Positions 12,058 to 25,495 of a DNA stretch of 64,000 nt are shown here, piece by piece. The stretch's first letter is position 1. Every line of letters starts with the position of its first letter. The notes under the pieces are model-generated. The model ran no database searches and had not been told where the DNA came from. It worked only from the letters and a program-made list of their open reading frames with translations. The DNA lies in contig NC_042998.1 of assembly GCF_006345805.1 (NCBI RefSeq), positions 98,146,001-98,210,000 of the forward strand, given 5' to 3'. The translations under genes were made by a program, and so were the position numbers. The DNA is from Octopus sinensis (lineage: Eukaryota).

Positions 12058-15000
12058 ACCTAAAAGTCATACCTTTAAAATCATTGTTTTACAATGACGT
12101 AGTGAGTTCAAACCATGAAATTATCTTCCAAAAAGAAAACCTAATAGGCCCGGTTTTTAAATTTATACAGTATACAATGGTATAATTTAAATGCTTCTAA
12201 GTTGATTTTTCTACATTAAAAACAATATGAATTTTTGGTCTTTTTTTTTAACAGTAAAATTCTCTAAGATCAACAGTAAAAGTGGAATGGTACTAGGTTT
12301 CCAAAATCAGTTAATTGAAGAAATATAATAAATGTAATACTTAGTTAAGTTTCAGCTAATATACTTAGGATATATTGTTCAGTACCTTAGGAGCCAACTA
12401 CCATGCCGATTTACTTACAAAAATTTTTGTTTTCACAAACTATCTTTCACATTGCATAATGACCTTGCTCAATGCATAATTCTCTACTTGTTTCATTAAG
12501 TCAAACAAAAATCATGCTATTATCTTGACTGAAAAGATTAGGAGTGAAAAAGAGACATCTAGTATTGCAAAACAAAAATCAAAGAACACACCTCACAACA
12601 ATTTATATAAGTATCTAAGATATAAAGAACATGAGAAAACTTTTAAGAATACAAAAGTAAAGCAGGTAGGCAACATGCATAGCAACATTTTGTTCATTAC
12701 TACATGTTCCAGTAACAGCAAGTTTAAACTTTGCTTAACATTCTTTTGACACTTGACAAAATATAAAAATACAGTACTTTTATTGAAATCAATTCAATAA
12801 ACCATCTTTTGTGTCACACATTTGTTCAAGAGAAAACTAAGTTTGAGGCAAATATCAACTGAATATATGCACTAAAATGAACCCGAGCCAGCTACTTCTC
12901 TAATGGTAACCTAATAGTACAATATATATAACCATGAGACTGTATAAGTATTCAAACTGTGCACAATTGCAATGATTTAATATGTCATATCAAATGACTT
13001 CTTAGATCCTGTTATGTCAGGTTATTATATCTCTAACAATTGTGTGTCACGTTTTTCAATATCTATTTTCTTTCTTTCTTCAGTGTTAATAATACTTACA
13101 GAAATAAAAACTTACTAAACTAATAATTTCCACCACTACCACAACAGCACATTCACTATATATTAGATGGCTATTGAGATTGATTTAGTACAGCAAGATT
13201 GCGAGAAAGAACAGTTAACCAATATATACATATACAAGAGGGAATGAAAATGGATACAACACACAAATACAGAGATCAGTTGTCAAATCAACCAATTCAT
13301 TGGCTTTGTGACACTTTCTAATAGAGTCAAAACCTTTCCTTACAATTTTTTCATCATTTAATTCATTTCTTGACTTTTTCTGAAGCCTTTGAAATTAACC
13401 ATGGCAACTACTGACTCTAATGTTTGCCTCCAGCAGATCAAATACCGAGTGTTAAAATCATTGAAGCTCCTCCATTCAGATATTACTATTTTTGTTGCAT
13501 GAAACGCAGTACACCCAACCTAACCATGCACATACAGAACCCTGCATGTGTACAATAGACATTTACACTCACACACAGATTTTTTTCAAGAGATGATAAT
13601 TAAAATAGAATTATTCATAGCAGATATTGCAATATTTGTATTTACATTAATGTTTAATTCAAGAAAGCTGTATGTATTAAAGTTCAGGGAAAATTAAATT
13701 AAAATACCGCTCTCTCTTTCTTTAAATAAAATTCTTTTATCAATTACATCCATTCAGTAAAAAGGAAGCGCATGCTTTAGAAAAGTATGAATAGTTCCAG
13801 GCCCTTTGATAAAGCATTCTTCAATTTAAATCAACTCTGATTACGAGTTTGGATTTTTTTCAAAAGAAAGAATTTAGCCATGATTTTTTTTTTTTAATTC
13901 AACTGATTCCTTTTATAATAAACAGCTATAATTATGTTAGAAAGAGAAACACCTTTCATTAGATTTGATTTTTTTTTTAATTATTATTATATAGAAATTT
14001 ACCACATGCAATCCATACATATTAGATAATGCAACAAGTTTATAAACAAATACAGTTATATTAATGGTTGACTGATCATACACCTGCTCCTTAAGATCTC
14101 AAAATGAACAACCAGCATTGATTACATTTATAGTTTATTTGTGAGACCAGCAATATAAAAATCATGTTATTTGCAAGATGATTAACATAGAGGAGCAGGT
14201 GTGTGTAACTTAGTAATAAGGGCTCATGGTAACTAGAAGTTGGGTTATTTCTGAAAATTTAAGCTCAAGGAAACGTATTTATCATGTGAGGCTGAACACT
14301 GAAAATTTTATTTTAACATAGATTTCATGCTACTCAGTGTACACTTCTAGTTGATAGTTTCAATCAAAGACTATTTTCTTGAAACCAACTCATCACCTTT
14401 CATTAAGCAGTTTGGCCTTTGTCCCTTTCTCACTTCTAAAATAAAAGAAAAAACTCATTCTCATAATAAAAACATTTGTGTAAGAAAATATTACATAAGA
14501 GATAGAATTTCTTATATGTTCGCAAGTAGTCGAACAAGATTATTTTAATGTAATCTGATAATTAACAATTGAGCATGGCAGACAACTGCTCTGGGTATTA
14601 CAGAAAATAATATTTAGGAACACTAAAAGCAATAATCAAAATTGACAACAAAATTTATTGTAGGAAACACAGGCTAATTGTTCATAGGAAGCCACAGAAA
14701 ATAATTGGAAAGTTAATTCCATCTCAGTCCTAACAGAAAGACAAGTTAGCAACCTGCTGTAAAAAAATAAAATCAAGCAATGTCATGAGAATTGATTTCC
14801 TCTAGAGAAGCCACCTAGCATAATTCTGTCCATCTGCAGGAAAAAATGCCATTGATAGTGAAAACTGAAATTTTCTGTCTACTAAAAACAAAGACTGATT
14901 ATAAACATAACTATAGACTTGTACCATGTACTAGTAAAAACATACATTCCCATGTCTCTCTTATATACTCACTGCTGTTAAATACTCTAACGGCAGTGAT

Positions 15001-15684
15001 AATAACTAGTGAGTGATAGGGGATTTTAAACAACATTTCCTTGAAAAGTACAAGTTTTAAAAAACATGATTTTCTATATCAATGAATTTGAAAGGATTCT
15101 TGTTCTGTTAAGTGTCATTGATGACTATTATAATTCTTATTAAATAACTAATCACTCTTCCAGAATAGTAACACAAGTCATGAAAAACTAGCTTGCTGTC
15201 TATAACAATTATTGACTGAAATTCTCAACATTAGTAGACAGTAAACTATTCAAATATAAATGTTGTATACAATTTATAGAAATCACATTTTAGAAGATGG
15301 ACAAGATATAAAACAAGAATTTCAGCAGAAAAGGATTCATTTTCATGTGTTGGGTCACAAGTGCGTACTTAGGAATATCAAAAATGTGTAAATAGAAATT
15401 AAAAGTCTCCATTGTCAGTTGCAATAGCCTTGTAACAAGTAATGTATCATGAACCCAAAATAGTAGCATACAAATCCATGCTCTAAGAAGAAAAAGATAG
15501 CTGGAGCAAGGTGCAGCAGCCCAGTAACTAGGATATTGGCTTTTTAACCCCATAAGACCTGTCCTTGTCATGTTCAGTGTATTATTTGAGGGGTTGATGT
15601 GACATGTTCCTCTATTTACCTCAACTTAAGAAAGATTAGATATATCTACTACTATACAGAAAAAGAAAGTGATATATATATATA

Positions 15685-15721
15685 TCAACCCATGCTAGCA
15701 TGGAAAGCGGACATTAAATGA

Positions 15722-15725
<4 letters not shown>
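15685..15725 (+). mobile_element. Very short RTE 3' tail insertion in a (TA)n tract
   Basis: CAACCCATGCTAGCATGGAAAGCGGACATTAAATGATGAT is nearly identical to 3737-3780. Confidence 0.8.
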
Positions 15726-15758
<33 letters not shown>

Positions 15759-16036
15759 GTGTGTGTGTATATCACTTTCTGTAGTTATTATCAAGTGTAC
15801 TTTGGTGATTTAAATAAGAGTTTTGACTTATTTCCAGCAGGTAGACATACTTAGTATGTCCTTTGATTAATTTTAATCTTTCTGCTATTTAATGCTTTTT
15901 TGCAGTCACCTATGTTGATTCTGTTATCACTTTTAAATTGTTACACAAGATAACAGAGTCAATGACATCTTCACAAATTATTTTTGCCGTGGATTATTAT
16001 TTTTTTGTGAATTATTTGCCCTGTATTGAAATATAT

Positions 16037-16361
16037 ATGGAGGACTTCGTCAGTTACAACAAGGTCCCAGCTGATACAATCAACGGAACAGCTTGCTCGT
16101 GAAATTAACGTGCAAGTGACTGAGCACTCCACAGACACATGTACCCTTAATGTAGTTCTCAGGGAGATTCAGCATGACACAGAGTGTGAAAAGACTGGCC
16201 CTTTGAAATACAAGTACTACTCATTTTTATACCAGCTGAGTAGACTGGAGCAATGTGAAACAAAGTGTCTTGCTCAAGCACACAATGCATCACTGGGAAT
16301 TGAACTCATGACCTTATAATCATGAACTGAATGCCCTAACCACTAAGCCACGCATCCTCAC
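16037..16361 (-). mobile_element. tRNA-derived SINE with 12-bp TSD
   Basis: The minus strand begins TGTGAGGATGCGTGGCTTAGTGGTTAGGG (A box)...GAGTTCAATTCCC (B box), then TGTGCTTGAGCAAGACACTTT (CORE-like). TSD ATTGAAATATAT at 16025-16036 and 16362-16373. Confidence 0.88.
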
Positions 16362-16794
16362 ATTGAAATATATGTATATGTATATATATATATACACACA
16401 TACACACACCCACAAACCTAAAACATATGCAACAATTTAAGCATCAGTTTAATTAGTAGAATCCAACTCAGCAGACCAAGCCCAATGGAATATTCTAGCT
16501 ACTTATATATTCCAAAATTTCTTAGAGTGCCCCAATTTTCAATATAAAAATAAAATGCATATAATTTTCATGTAGCAATAAGAAACTGATAATGTACTAA
16601 TATGGGCATAAATTAACATTGTGCAATTAGTTATACCAATATTTAGAAATTACCCAATGGACTTGTATATTTCATTTAAGTTATTTATATATTCCAGTAA
16701 CATTGTAATATGCTGAAGTGATTTACTTATGAATTTGTAAAAGTTATGTACTTATCCTTTCAAGGTTTGTTTCTTTTATTCTTATATTCGTAGG

Positions 16795-17085
16795 AATGCT
16801 GAGGTATTGTCTTGAACAGTTTAGTTGATTTGAACATATCAATTCCAGTATGTTAAGTACAGGTACTTATTCTATTGGTCTCTTTTTGACAAAGTGCTAA
16901 GTTACAGTGACACAAACAAAACAATGTCTGTCAAGCAGGGAGAAACAAATACAAAGTTTTACACACACACACTATGGGCTACCACACAGTTTCTGTCAAC
17001 CAAATTCATTCATAAAGCATTTGTTGCCCTAGAATGATAATGAATGATATTTGCCCAAGGTAGTGAATAGTGGAACTAAACCATA
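16795..17085 (-). mobile_element. Old SINE copy related to 32863-33327
   Basis: GGTACTTATTCTATTGGTCTCTTT...GCTAAGTTACAGTGAC...CAGTTTCTGTCAACCAAATTCATTCATAAAGC...TTGCCCAAGG. Confidence 0.65.
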
Positions 17086-17389
17086 TATTTCCTATCTTGA
17101 AGTGCTATATTTTATTTTTAACCTAATGTAAAATCACATTCAAGATGAAAGTTTAATAACACTGAAGGTTTAAAATGTTGCTAATATGAAGACAAAGAAA
17201 TTAATGTTGATGAATGTTTGGTTCATAATTATAAAATGTAAATATCATAGGATGTCAAAAAGCCTACTCTTGGCCACTGACATCCAGCTAGGCTACTTAC
17301 TGAAAAGATATTTCTTCCAGTATCACAACCAAACAAGACCAAGCAAAAAGCAACTGAAAATGTCAAAGAAACATCATTGACTCTACTGA

Positions 17390-19510
17390 ACAATTCTAAC
17401 CAGGGCCCCACCCATTACCTCCTACTAACACATAAACCACACATCCTGTTCTTTTCCAAGACACAAATCTCATCTGATATCTCTAAGCTGTCTTTGTTAT
17501 CCAAGCAATATTCAGTATTCCAACTCCACTCAAAGTTGATTTTCAATATAAGTAATATATTTCCCCCACCATTTACTTCAACTCGATATCAGCAGTCAGG
17601 ACTCTTGCTCAATGTCACTCTGCTTAATTTTTCGTAATCCACATTCATTCTCCACTGCTCTCCTCCAACTACCAAAAACTATTTGACCATCTCTCATTTT
17701 ACACTGAGAACGTCTATCTCACTTTAGCCCTCTCTAAGATCATTGTCCTCACAGATTTCAGAATTCATGGCCTGTAATGGTTCTATCTTGTTTCATACTG
17801 ACAATGTTGCAGATACCAAATTGCTTGCAATCTTGAAAACTCAGTAACAGTTAGTACCTTCAACTACAAGCGTCCTTGGCTAATACACAAACACTCTTAA
17901 TATCTTTTTCACTTATGAAACTAGCTGTTACTAAACTTTCTCTGTATCAATAAGATCATTTTGATCAGTCTAATCACAGCTGCCCACAACACATCTACAA
18001 ATTACTTGAACAATCCCTATCTCCATAATTTTATAGGACTTCAAGTGAACTAACTGGTTAGAGTCCTGCAAGTTCTATGCTAATTATTCCTGAAGGTAAA
18101 TCTGCTTTACCCCAAACTCATCCAAGACATCAAAGCAGGTGCTTGAAACCATCCTCATAATGTTCCTTCACATCCTGTGCTCAATCAAAAATTTATAACT
18201 TTAAATTCTCCAAGTGATTCATACATTGTTGCACTGAAGAGTTCAAGCAAAGAACATAGCCTACAACATCTAGGGAGAAAAAAATGACCTACCTACTGTC
18301 AGAATTGCAAGATTACTTGAAAGTTTCCCCAGGTTCAAAAGTCTTTTTTGTCCCTTGCCAAAAATATTTTTGCCAACTTTGCAGAAATCTCCTACGGACC
18401 ACTCTTCAACCATGACGGCTCTATATGCAATATTCCCTTGGAGAAAGCTGTCACATTCATATCCAATTCCCTACCCAGACTTGGCAAAAAATGTCCATCC
18501 TTCCACCAGTTACATATTATATATACATATAGTGAGTGCAAAACAATTAGTCACTTTGAACCAATGAAGCCCTCATTCTCATGATGTCTCTGACATTAAC
18601 CTCTGGGTGCACTCAGAGATAACCAATATTCTTGCCAAAATTTTCAGTCTCTACAGGACATATGAGACAGTGTGTCCACAATTTCCAAGAAATGGCAACC
18701 TTCAATATACAGCTCTCACCAAGAATTTAAAACTGATGAAAAGAATCATTAACACTTCTTCAGTGATCACTAGTTTGGTTTCCATAGCCAAATCTATCAA
18801 GGAGCTGCTCTTCTGTACTATTTACCAGTGGTCCCTCACCCACAGAAAATTTAGTAAAAACAAGGTTTCACTTCGCATTAGAGTATATGATGTCAAGCAC
18901 AAGAATCTCCTATCCAAACTGTTTGCCTATAAGCTCAATCTATCTCTTATGCCAGAAGCTTCCTGGCAGATATTACCATTGCAGTGCACTGAAGAAACCA
19001 GAATATCAACTGTGATATGCCCTAAGATTCAATTATATTTCTCATATACTTTCTTTTGTACATTATTTACTTTCTTTTAGCTCTAACAATGTGCTCTTCA
19101 ATGCAAACACCATCACTTCATTCCTCCCTTCATATATAAGCATCTCTAAAAAGAAAAAAAAATTTTTTAATGTGAAAAGATCATCCAACTGATTAGCAAA
19201 AACTCACTCACCAATACCCTTTGAGGGTTGCTACACTTTAAATCTAGTTAATCACATACCACTAAAGCTCTCCCAATACAGATCTCCTTCTCTCATTATC
19301 TAAACTGCTCTACACTTTCAGGTTCTGCACTAACCACTATGCCCTAGCTGATCCTAACATCCAAGAATGCTCACAATTCCTTTAGAATTCCCTTCCTACA
19401 CACACTTTCCTTGCAATTATTCACTTACAGATGTTCAAACTGAGCATTAACTGCATCAACCTCACCAATCTTTGAAGGTCAGCCACTTACCCTGCTCTAA
19501 CTATAAAAAA
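17390..19510 (+). mobile_element. Decayed CR1/Jockey-group LINE (endonuclease, RT and C-terminus remnants, internally deleted)
   Basis: APE-like HYLLLTHKPHILFFSKTQIS (~17410); FxSLAKNIFANFA..PLFNHDGS (~18340); FPRNGNLQYTALT..LMKRIIN (PKKG..NYRPIxLTS-like); RVYDVKHKNLLSKLFAY (AFDRVWH-like); terminal WNSLP-like NSLPTHTF..FKLSINCINL (~19385-19475). Many stops and frameshifts. Confidence 0.75.
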
Positions 19511-21113
19511 TAATTTGAGAAAATACAAATAATGAATGCAAATGCACATCATCAATTAATGTCCATATGTGTGTACACATACACACACACATATATATGT
19601 ATATATTATACATATAACAGGTACATACCAAACAAGCATGCACCTATATCTACCTTCAGACATCATACAAACATACATTCGCAGATGCAAACACAAGTTC
19701 TCACACAGAAACAAGCACATACATACACACACACACACCTATGGATACTGGCACATACACAATAGAAAACTGAATCTCTGCCCCCACATACAAGTCAATG
19801 TTTAAAGTATGCTTCTCTTGTCTTAAGCAATAAACATCAGTTATTACTACAAATTACAAGGGAACATTTATCTTTGCCAATTCAACAGGCATTAAGAAAG
19901 GAACATTTTAAAACTGAAGTGAACTCTAAACACCTACTAATTTTCTTCCAATATCAATTGATAAAATTATAGCTATATATACATAAAAAATGCACTTAAA
20001 AAGATGCTGCTCATGTACAACTAAATTTTATAAATGCTATCTATATTTTTTTTTTTTTTTTTTTTTTTAGCAGTCTCATCCACAAGATCAATGAATATAA
20101 AAGAATTTACCAGTTTAAGATAGTTTTATCAGCCTTCACTCTCCTAAAATCTATTAAAAAGAAGACCACTAAACAGCAAAGCTGCATCAGAATAGCATCT
20201 ATTGTTCATCTTTATTTTGGTAGGGTTTTTTCCTTTGGTTTCGTCTTTTTTTTTTAATCTGTATGAAAATCAATAGATGTGTACAAATGGCAAACAGATA
20301 AACAGTTAAGTTTTGATTTAGATAGAGTTCCCATATACTACTAAGAAGAGTATGATTAGAATCACTTTCACCTGCAGATCAAATTCAGCAGTAGAATTTC
20401 TTGCACTTGCAGCAATGCCACCCACAGAGCTATTGAAACATCACCATTATTGGAAATCTTTACAAGCAATTGGTTGTGCTATTTTAAACTATTCTTACAA
20501 AAGATTTGGAAAAATAAATCTGCAGTGAATAGATTATAAAATTGAAATAAATTCTTAAAAATGTAAAATGAAATACTAAATAAATAACAGTGCTTGAAAA
20601 CAATTTATAAGCAACTGATTGTTAAAACCTGCCTAATTCTAGTCTTAAAATAAACAATGATTATAAAATTTCCACTGTAATCAAATATATTCAGAACCAG
20701 ATTGATTTGTATGAACAGGATTGATTCATTGATTCATCTAATATGTGGGAAGAAAAGATCATGTATATTAGATAGCTTCTATTAGAGAGAGGGTTCAGCT
20801 TGAAACACTCTGAAATTAAATGTTCAGCTCTACTTCACTGTTCAACCCTATGGTAATTAGCAAATCAAAGAAAGTGCATTTACATGGTCACTAGATTTGC
20901 TAGAAATAGCAGCCAAATTTCCCTTAGATTACACCCTACCACCTTAAAAAAGGGAAAGGCACATTAGATAATGTGGTCTAAAAAGATGGAATAGTATTAG
21001 CTGGGACTAAGTAACAATGACTACAGTAATAAGCTATGGTAATACTGTTATATTTTACATTAAAACTATGATTTTTGGAACCTTACAAAAGTACAAGATT
21101 TTTGTAAATGGAG

Positions 21114-21139
21114 AACGGACGTTAAATGATGATGATGAT
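21114..21139 (+). mobile_element. Minimal RTE tail fragment
   Basis: AACGGACGTTAAATGATGATGATGAT. Confidence 0.55.
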
Positions 21140-22984
21140 AGGAGTTTATTAATGTAGAATAAGTTTCATATTCCTTTATTTTCTCAATAAAAGTATATCA
21201 AGTAAGGAATAATATGCAAAGGGTTTTTGAGAGCATATGTAATGATTCTAAATAATGTTCTGAAAAGCTCATCTAGCTTATTGCATGTTCTTTTATAATT
21301 ATATGCAGGCACATCTTTTGTTTAAACTTTGAGAATTTCTTATCGACAGTCAATTCTTGCAAGGTTGCCATCTTAGCTGCACTTTTTTCACTACTTGCTG
21401 GGGTTACGTCCTTTGTTTTCATATGCTTCAGAAATCTTATCTAAACCCACTTCTCAACTGCATGGAGACTACACTGTTTCTATAAACAGAGAATTTGAAA
21501 ACATGCTATATTTTCTTCAAAACTGCTGTGTGACTAATTAATTTCAGCCTGACCAAGCAAATTTATCATTTGCTGTTCTTAAATATCAAAATTATTGTTC
21601 TGATGGAGCTGTGAACAACAAATTCAGTATTCATGTCTAACGACATGTAACAGTACAAAAATACACACATTCCATGATCTGCTGAGGTTATTTACGGCCC
21701 AATCTATTTTTACATATAATTTCTACGAGAACTTTCTCCCAAGACTATTTCTGCAGCATAAGGTTTTCCATGTTGAAATGTACATAAATATGTTAAATAT
21801 TGTACATGCATATATACTTAATCCTATTATAATCACTTACAGCTTTCTTAAACAAATATATAGTCATCCCCAAGAAACAATAATATTTGGAAAATCAGAA
21901 TTAGGAAGGTTTTTCCATCTTTGTAGCAGCTGAGATGGAGCACAGTGGATTGCCATGTATACAAGTATACAACAGAAATATTTGTTTATTTAAACTGACA
22001 TATGGGAGAACAGTGTCTGGCAGTTAACTGGTTTAAAACCCAGCTATTTCACTGGTATATTCTTAGGCATTTTCTTTCTTTCACACTTACCCTAAGAGTT
22101 ATCAAGAGAAAAAAATATACAATAATTTGTTTATTTATAAGAGTTTCAACTGCCATTATTGTTTTCCCACCTGTGGGAGAAATTGACAGATTTCAAACAA
22201 ATGCATATTTTACCTTACAAAATAAAGAGGTGTATGAAAAGACCCTGTATGTTATTTTTATGTCTATGTATACATTTTAGAAATCTATTTCAGATTAACA
22301 GTACTTTTAAACAAGTACAAAGATGGGGATGGGCCACTGCATTTATTTGTTTTATTTCATTTATTCAATTATAGAAAAGGAAACAATTCCCATTTTACTT
22401 CATTCTATAGGGAATGTGAAACTAAAATATCTCCACCAAGCTAAAATATGCTAAAATATAAAGAGACAAGAATAAAAGTAAGTAAATAGAATGAGTATAT
22501 TTCACTTAATAAAAAAAAATCTGAAGAAATATTTTCTGCAGCTTGTGTATAACTAAACAGATATTACAGAAGAATATAAAATTACCACATTCAGTCAATG
22601 TTGATAGTTTAAGAAATTTAAAGGACAAGAGAGACAAAAGCAAAGCTAAGGAGGAAAATACACAGTAGAAGAGGAAAAGAAAGAGAAAACGATGGTGATT
22701 CAAAGATACTGAATAACCATGCTGAATGACAGACAGGAAGTATAAGAGTCAAGAACTGTTTTGACACAGAAGAGTGAACAAAGAAAATAAACATGTGACA
22801 AGCATAAGAGGTAAAAAATAAAGAGTAGTGAAAATATTTATGCACAGAATGTGAAATGCAAGGTAAGTTTATGTCTGTATTTAAGTGAAGTGCCAGAGCA
22901 AAATCATGCATAACAGAGTATGAGATGAGACAACATACAAGAAGGTGATATGTACACAGGGGTCATGACTATAGGTGTGGCAAC

Positions 22985-23290
22985 ACTTTAATCTCCTCCA
23001 ACCTAACTCCATAACTTTCACATTTTTCCTGACTACCTTCTCCTTCCTTCAAACATGACCAAAATCTAGATAACATTCCAGGCCATAGTGCTTTAACTCC
23101 TTACAACCCCCAGCCTGCTCACTCCCACTGCAACACCTGTCATTTCATCTACAACATTGCTATGTAACATATACTTGGGTCATTTTTTCCATATCACTGC
23201 CTGCTTCACTTGCTGCTCCAGAAATATTTATATTAATATCTGTATTAAATTCTGACATTAAGGATTACTGCACATAGAGAAAAATGGTCA
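22985..23290 (+). mobile_element. CR1/Jockey-like RT fragment, highly decayed
   Basis: CTAGATAACATTCCAGGCCATAGTGCTTTAA resembles PDNIPAIVLK, followed by a decayed LAP.L..LF..S.N.G segment. Confidence 0.4.
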
Positions 23291-24544
23291 CTGGTTAGTT
23301 GATTTTTTTTTTTTAGAGAACATTTACTCAAATACACACATACTCATCCACCATTTTTCTTCACATACACCCATACAGAGCATACAAATAACCCCCATCT
23401 CTACCTATACACACACACACACACACACTTCATCACCCATCCGCTATACTATATTGCATACATGCCTTACACATTCTACATGCACACATTTGCACACAAA
23501 CTTTCACCACCAACCTCCCCATATACAGATCCTTGACCCCTTGCACACACTAACACTTTACTCATCATATAAACACAACTTTGCTCACACACTTACCACT
23601 TTATCCACCCACACAAACACACATACATACATAACAATTTTATATCTCACCCTTTCCAAACACTTAACTATATAAATCATCTTTCCCCCTTATCATGTTT
23701 ATGATGTTTATTTCCTTTAACATTCATTGCTCATTCTTTTCTGTTTAAAAAATTCTTTACTCTTATACTTTTTATCTACCAATCAATAATGGGTTATATC
23801 TCTGAATTAATATCATTTTTTCCTTTCTTTCAATTTTTTTTCTTTCCCTTGTCCAATTTTAAATAACCATTGTTCAAAACCTAGGCTTGTCATTTTTTTT
23901 TTCCTATTTTTCCATGTTTTTGTTCATGTTTCACCTGGATATTTATTATTTACTTGGATACCTATTGCCATAATGTCACATACTTAAAATAATCCAGAAT
24001 TAATCTAGGTCATATCAGTGATAGTTCTATTCAATTAAAAGGTTTCAGCATTTAAAATTCAGTCTTGGCCAGAACAAATATCTGTATAGGTACAGACAAG
24101 TTTCAGGTTTCATAAAATGAAATCACAGAATCCTGACAGTAAAATGACATAAGCAGACATCATAAATATCTCTAAAAATTACCATTTTATGGAGCAAGCC
24201 AGTTTCCTTATCAGGGAAACTAAAACATAACCTTCTCAGGGAAGATCTTCAAATTCATATGTTAACCCCCAGCAGACAACTATTTATCTTTAAAAGAAGT
24301 AAATGAATTCTTGAAATATCCAAATTAATGATACCTAGAATGTGAGAGTTAAAAATGGAAAAAAAAAAATTAAAATAATGAATAGTATAAAAAGTCCATA
24401 AAAATACACTATATATCATGAACTCTCCTGTTGTAGATGACAGATGAGGGTTCTGAAATTTTTTGCTGAACAATCTGCACAGATGATTTGTTTGTAGTGA
24501 TCAAATATTTGTGCTCACTCCTTCCATCAAATTACTATTGTCTG

Positions 24545-24705
24545 TACAGGGAATGGTGTGCCACATGCTAGATGGCAAAGTGATTGCAGAGCAACATGAA
24601 ATGAAGTGTTTTGCTCAAAAACAAAAGCACACCATCCAGTCCCAGTACTGAAACCACAATCTTGTGATCATGAATACAACACCCTAACCACAAGGCCACA
24701 CACAA
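24545..24705 (-). mobile_element. tRNA-derived SINE 5' fragment
   Basis: The reverse complement of ACACCCTAACCACAAGGCCAC is A-box-like. AAGTGTTTTGCTCAA is a CORE-like motif shared with 16037-16361 and 25216-25495. Confidence 0.6.
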
Positions 24706-25215
24706 AAAGATCATACAAAAATGTCACTCTGTACACATGAAGTGCTGTCAGTATAAGGAAATAAATAAACTAATTGCATATATCCAAAGTTCACAGACTT
24801 CATATAGTTATATAATGAGTCTCTAGTAGTAAAATATTTGTTGTACTTTGAAGGTAATTCTAACAATAAAAACACATCCAGTGGTTATAGTTCATTTGCT
24901 TATTGTTAACTCATCCATTAATTACTGATTAGTTAACCTGATTATCAAAAACATTTTTATCACGCATATCTCTGACCTCAATTGACTTCTTTTGTGGTAG
25001 TTTGTCACTTGCAAGCTGGTAAGGATTATTCATATTGCCAATCGCGTGTAGGTCATGTTATTCTGTGTGTGTGTGTGTATTTGAAAGCATGTGCATGTGT
25101 TATGTTTCGTATGCACATGCATATATATGTAGTTGGTATTAAGTCTATGATGGTACACAGTAATGTGTGTGTGCTGTTTTTAACATATATGATAATTGCA
25201 GTTTCTAACGAAATG

Positions 25216-25495
25216 AGGGTGCATGGCCAAATGATTAGAGTGCTGCAATCATGATTGCGAGTTCATGAGTTCAACTCCCAAACCAGACAGTGCATTGTGT
25301 TCTGAGCAAAATACTTAATCTTGTGTTGCTCTGAGATCACTTTGACATCTTATGTACAGCACACCATGCACTTGCACAAGCAATGTCAATCTGATGGAGG
25401 GAGTGAACTTATGCACAGCACAAACATTTGATCACTATAAACAAATCGTCTGTGCAAGTTGTTCAGCAAGAACTTGCAGAACAGTCTTTCTCAGA
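25216..25495 (+). mobile_element. tRNA-derived SINE (decayed)
   Basis: GAGGGTGCATGGCCAAATGATTAGAG (A box)...GAGTTCAACTCCC (B box)...GCATTGTGTTCTGAGCAAAATACTTAA. Confidence 0.65.

Noticed and set aside
13395-13408. X-box-like GTTGCCATGGTTAA (minus strand)
   Set aside because: A single imperfect short motif is expected by chance in 64 kb.
20372-20519. Minus-strand exon between CTGCAG| and |GTGAAA
   Set aside because: All three frames contain stops and the donor is weak.
21250-21780. Short minus-strand coding-like frames suggestive of a DNA transposase
   Set aside because: No diagnostic motif or termini could be recognised with confidence.
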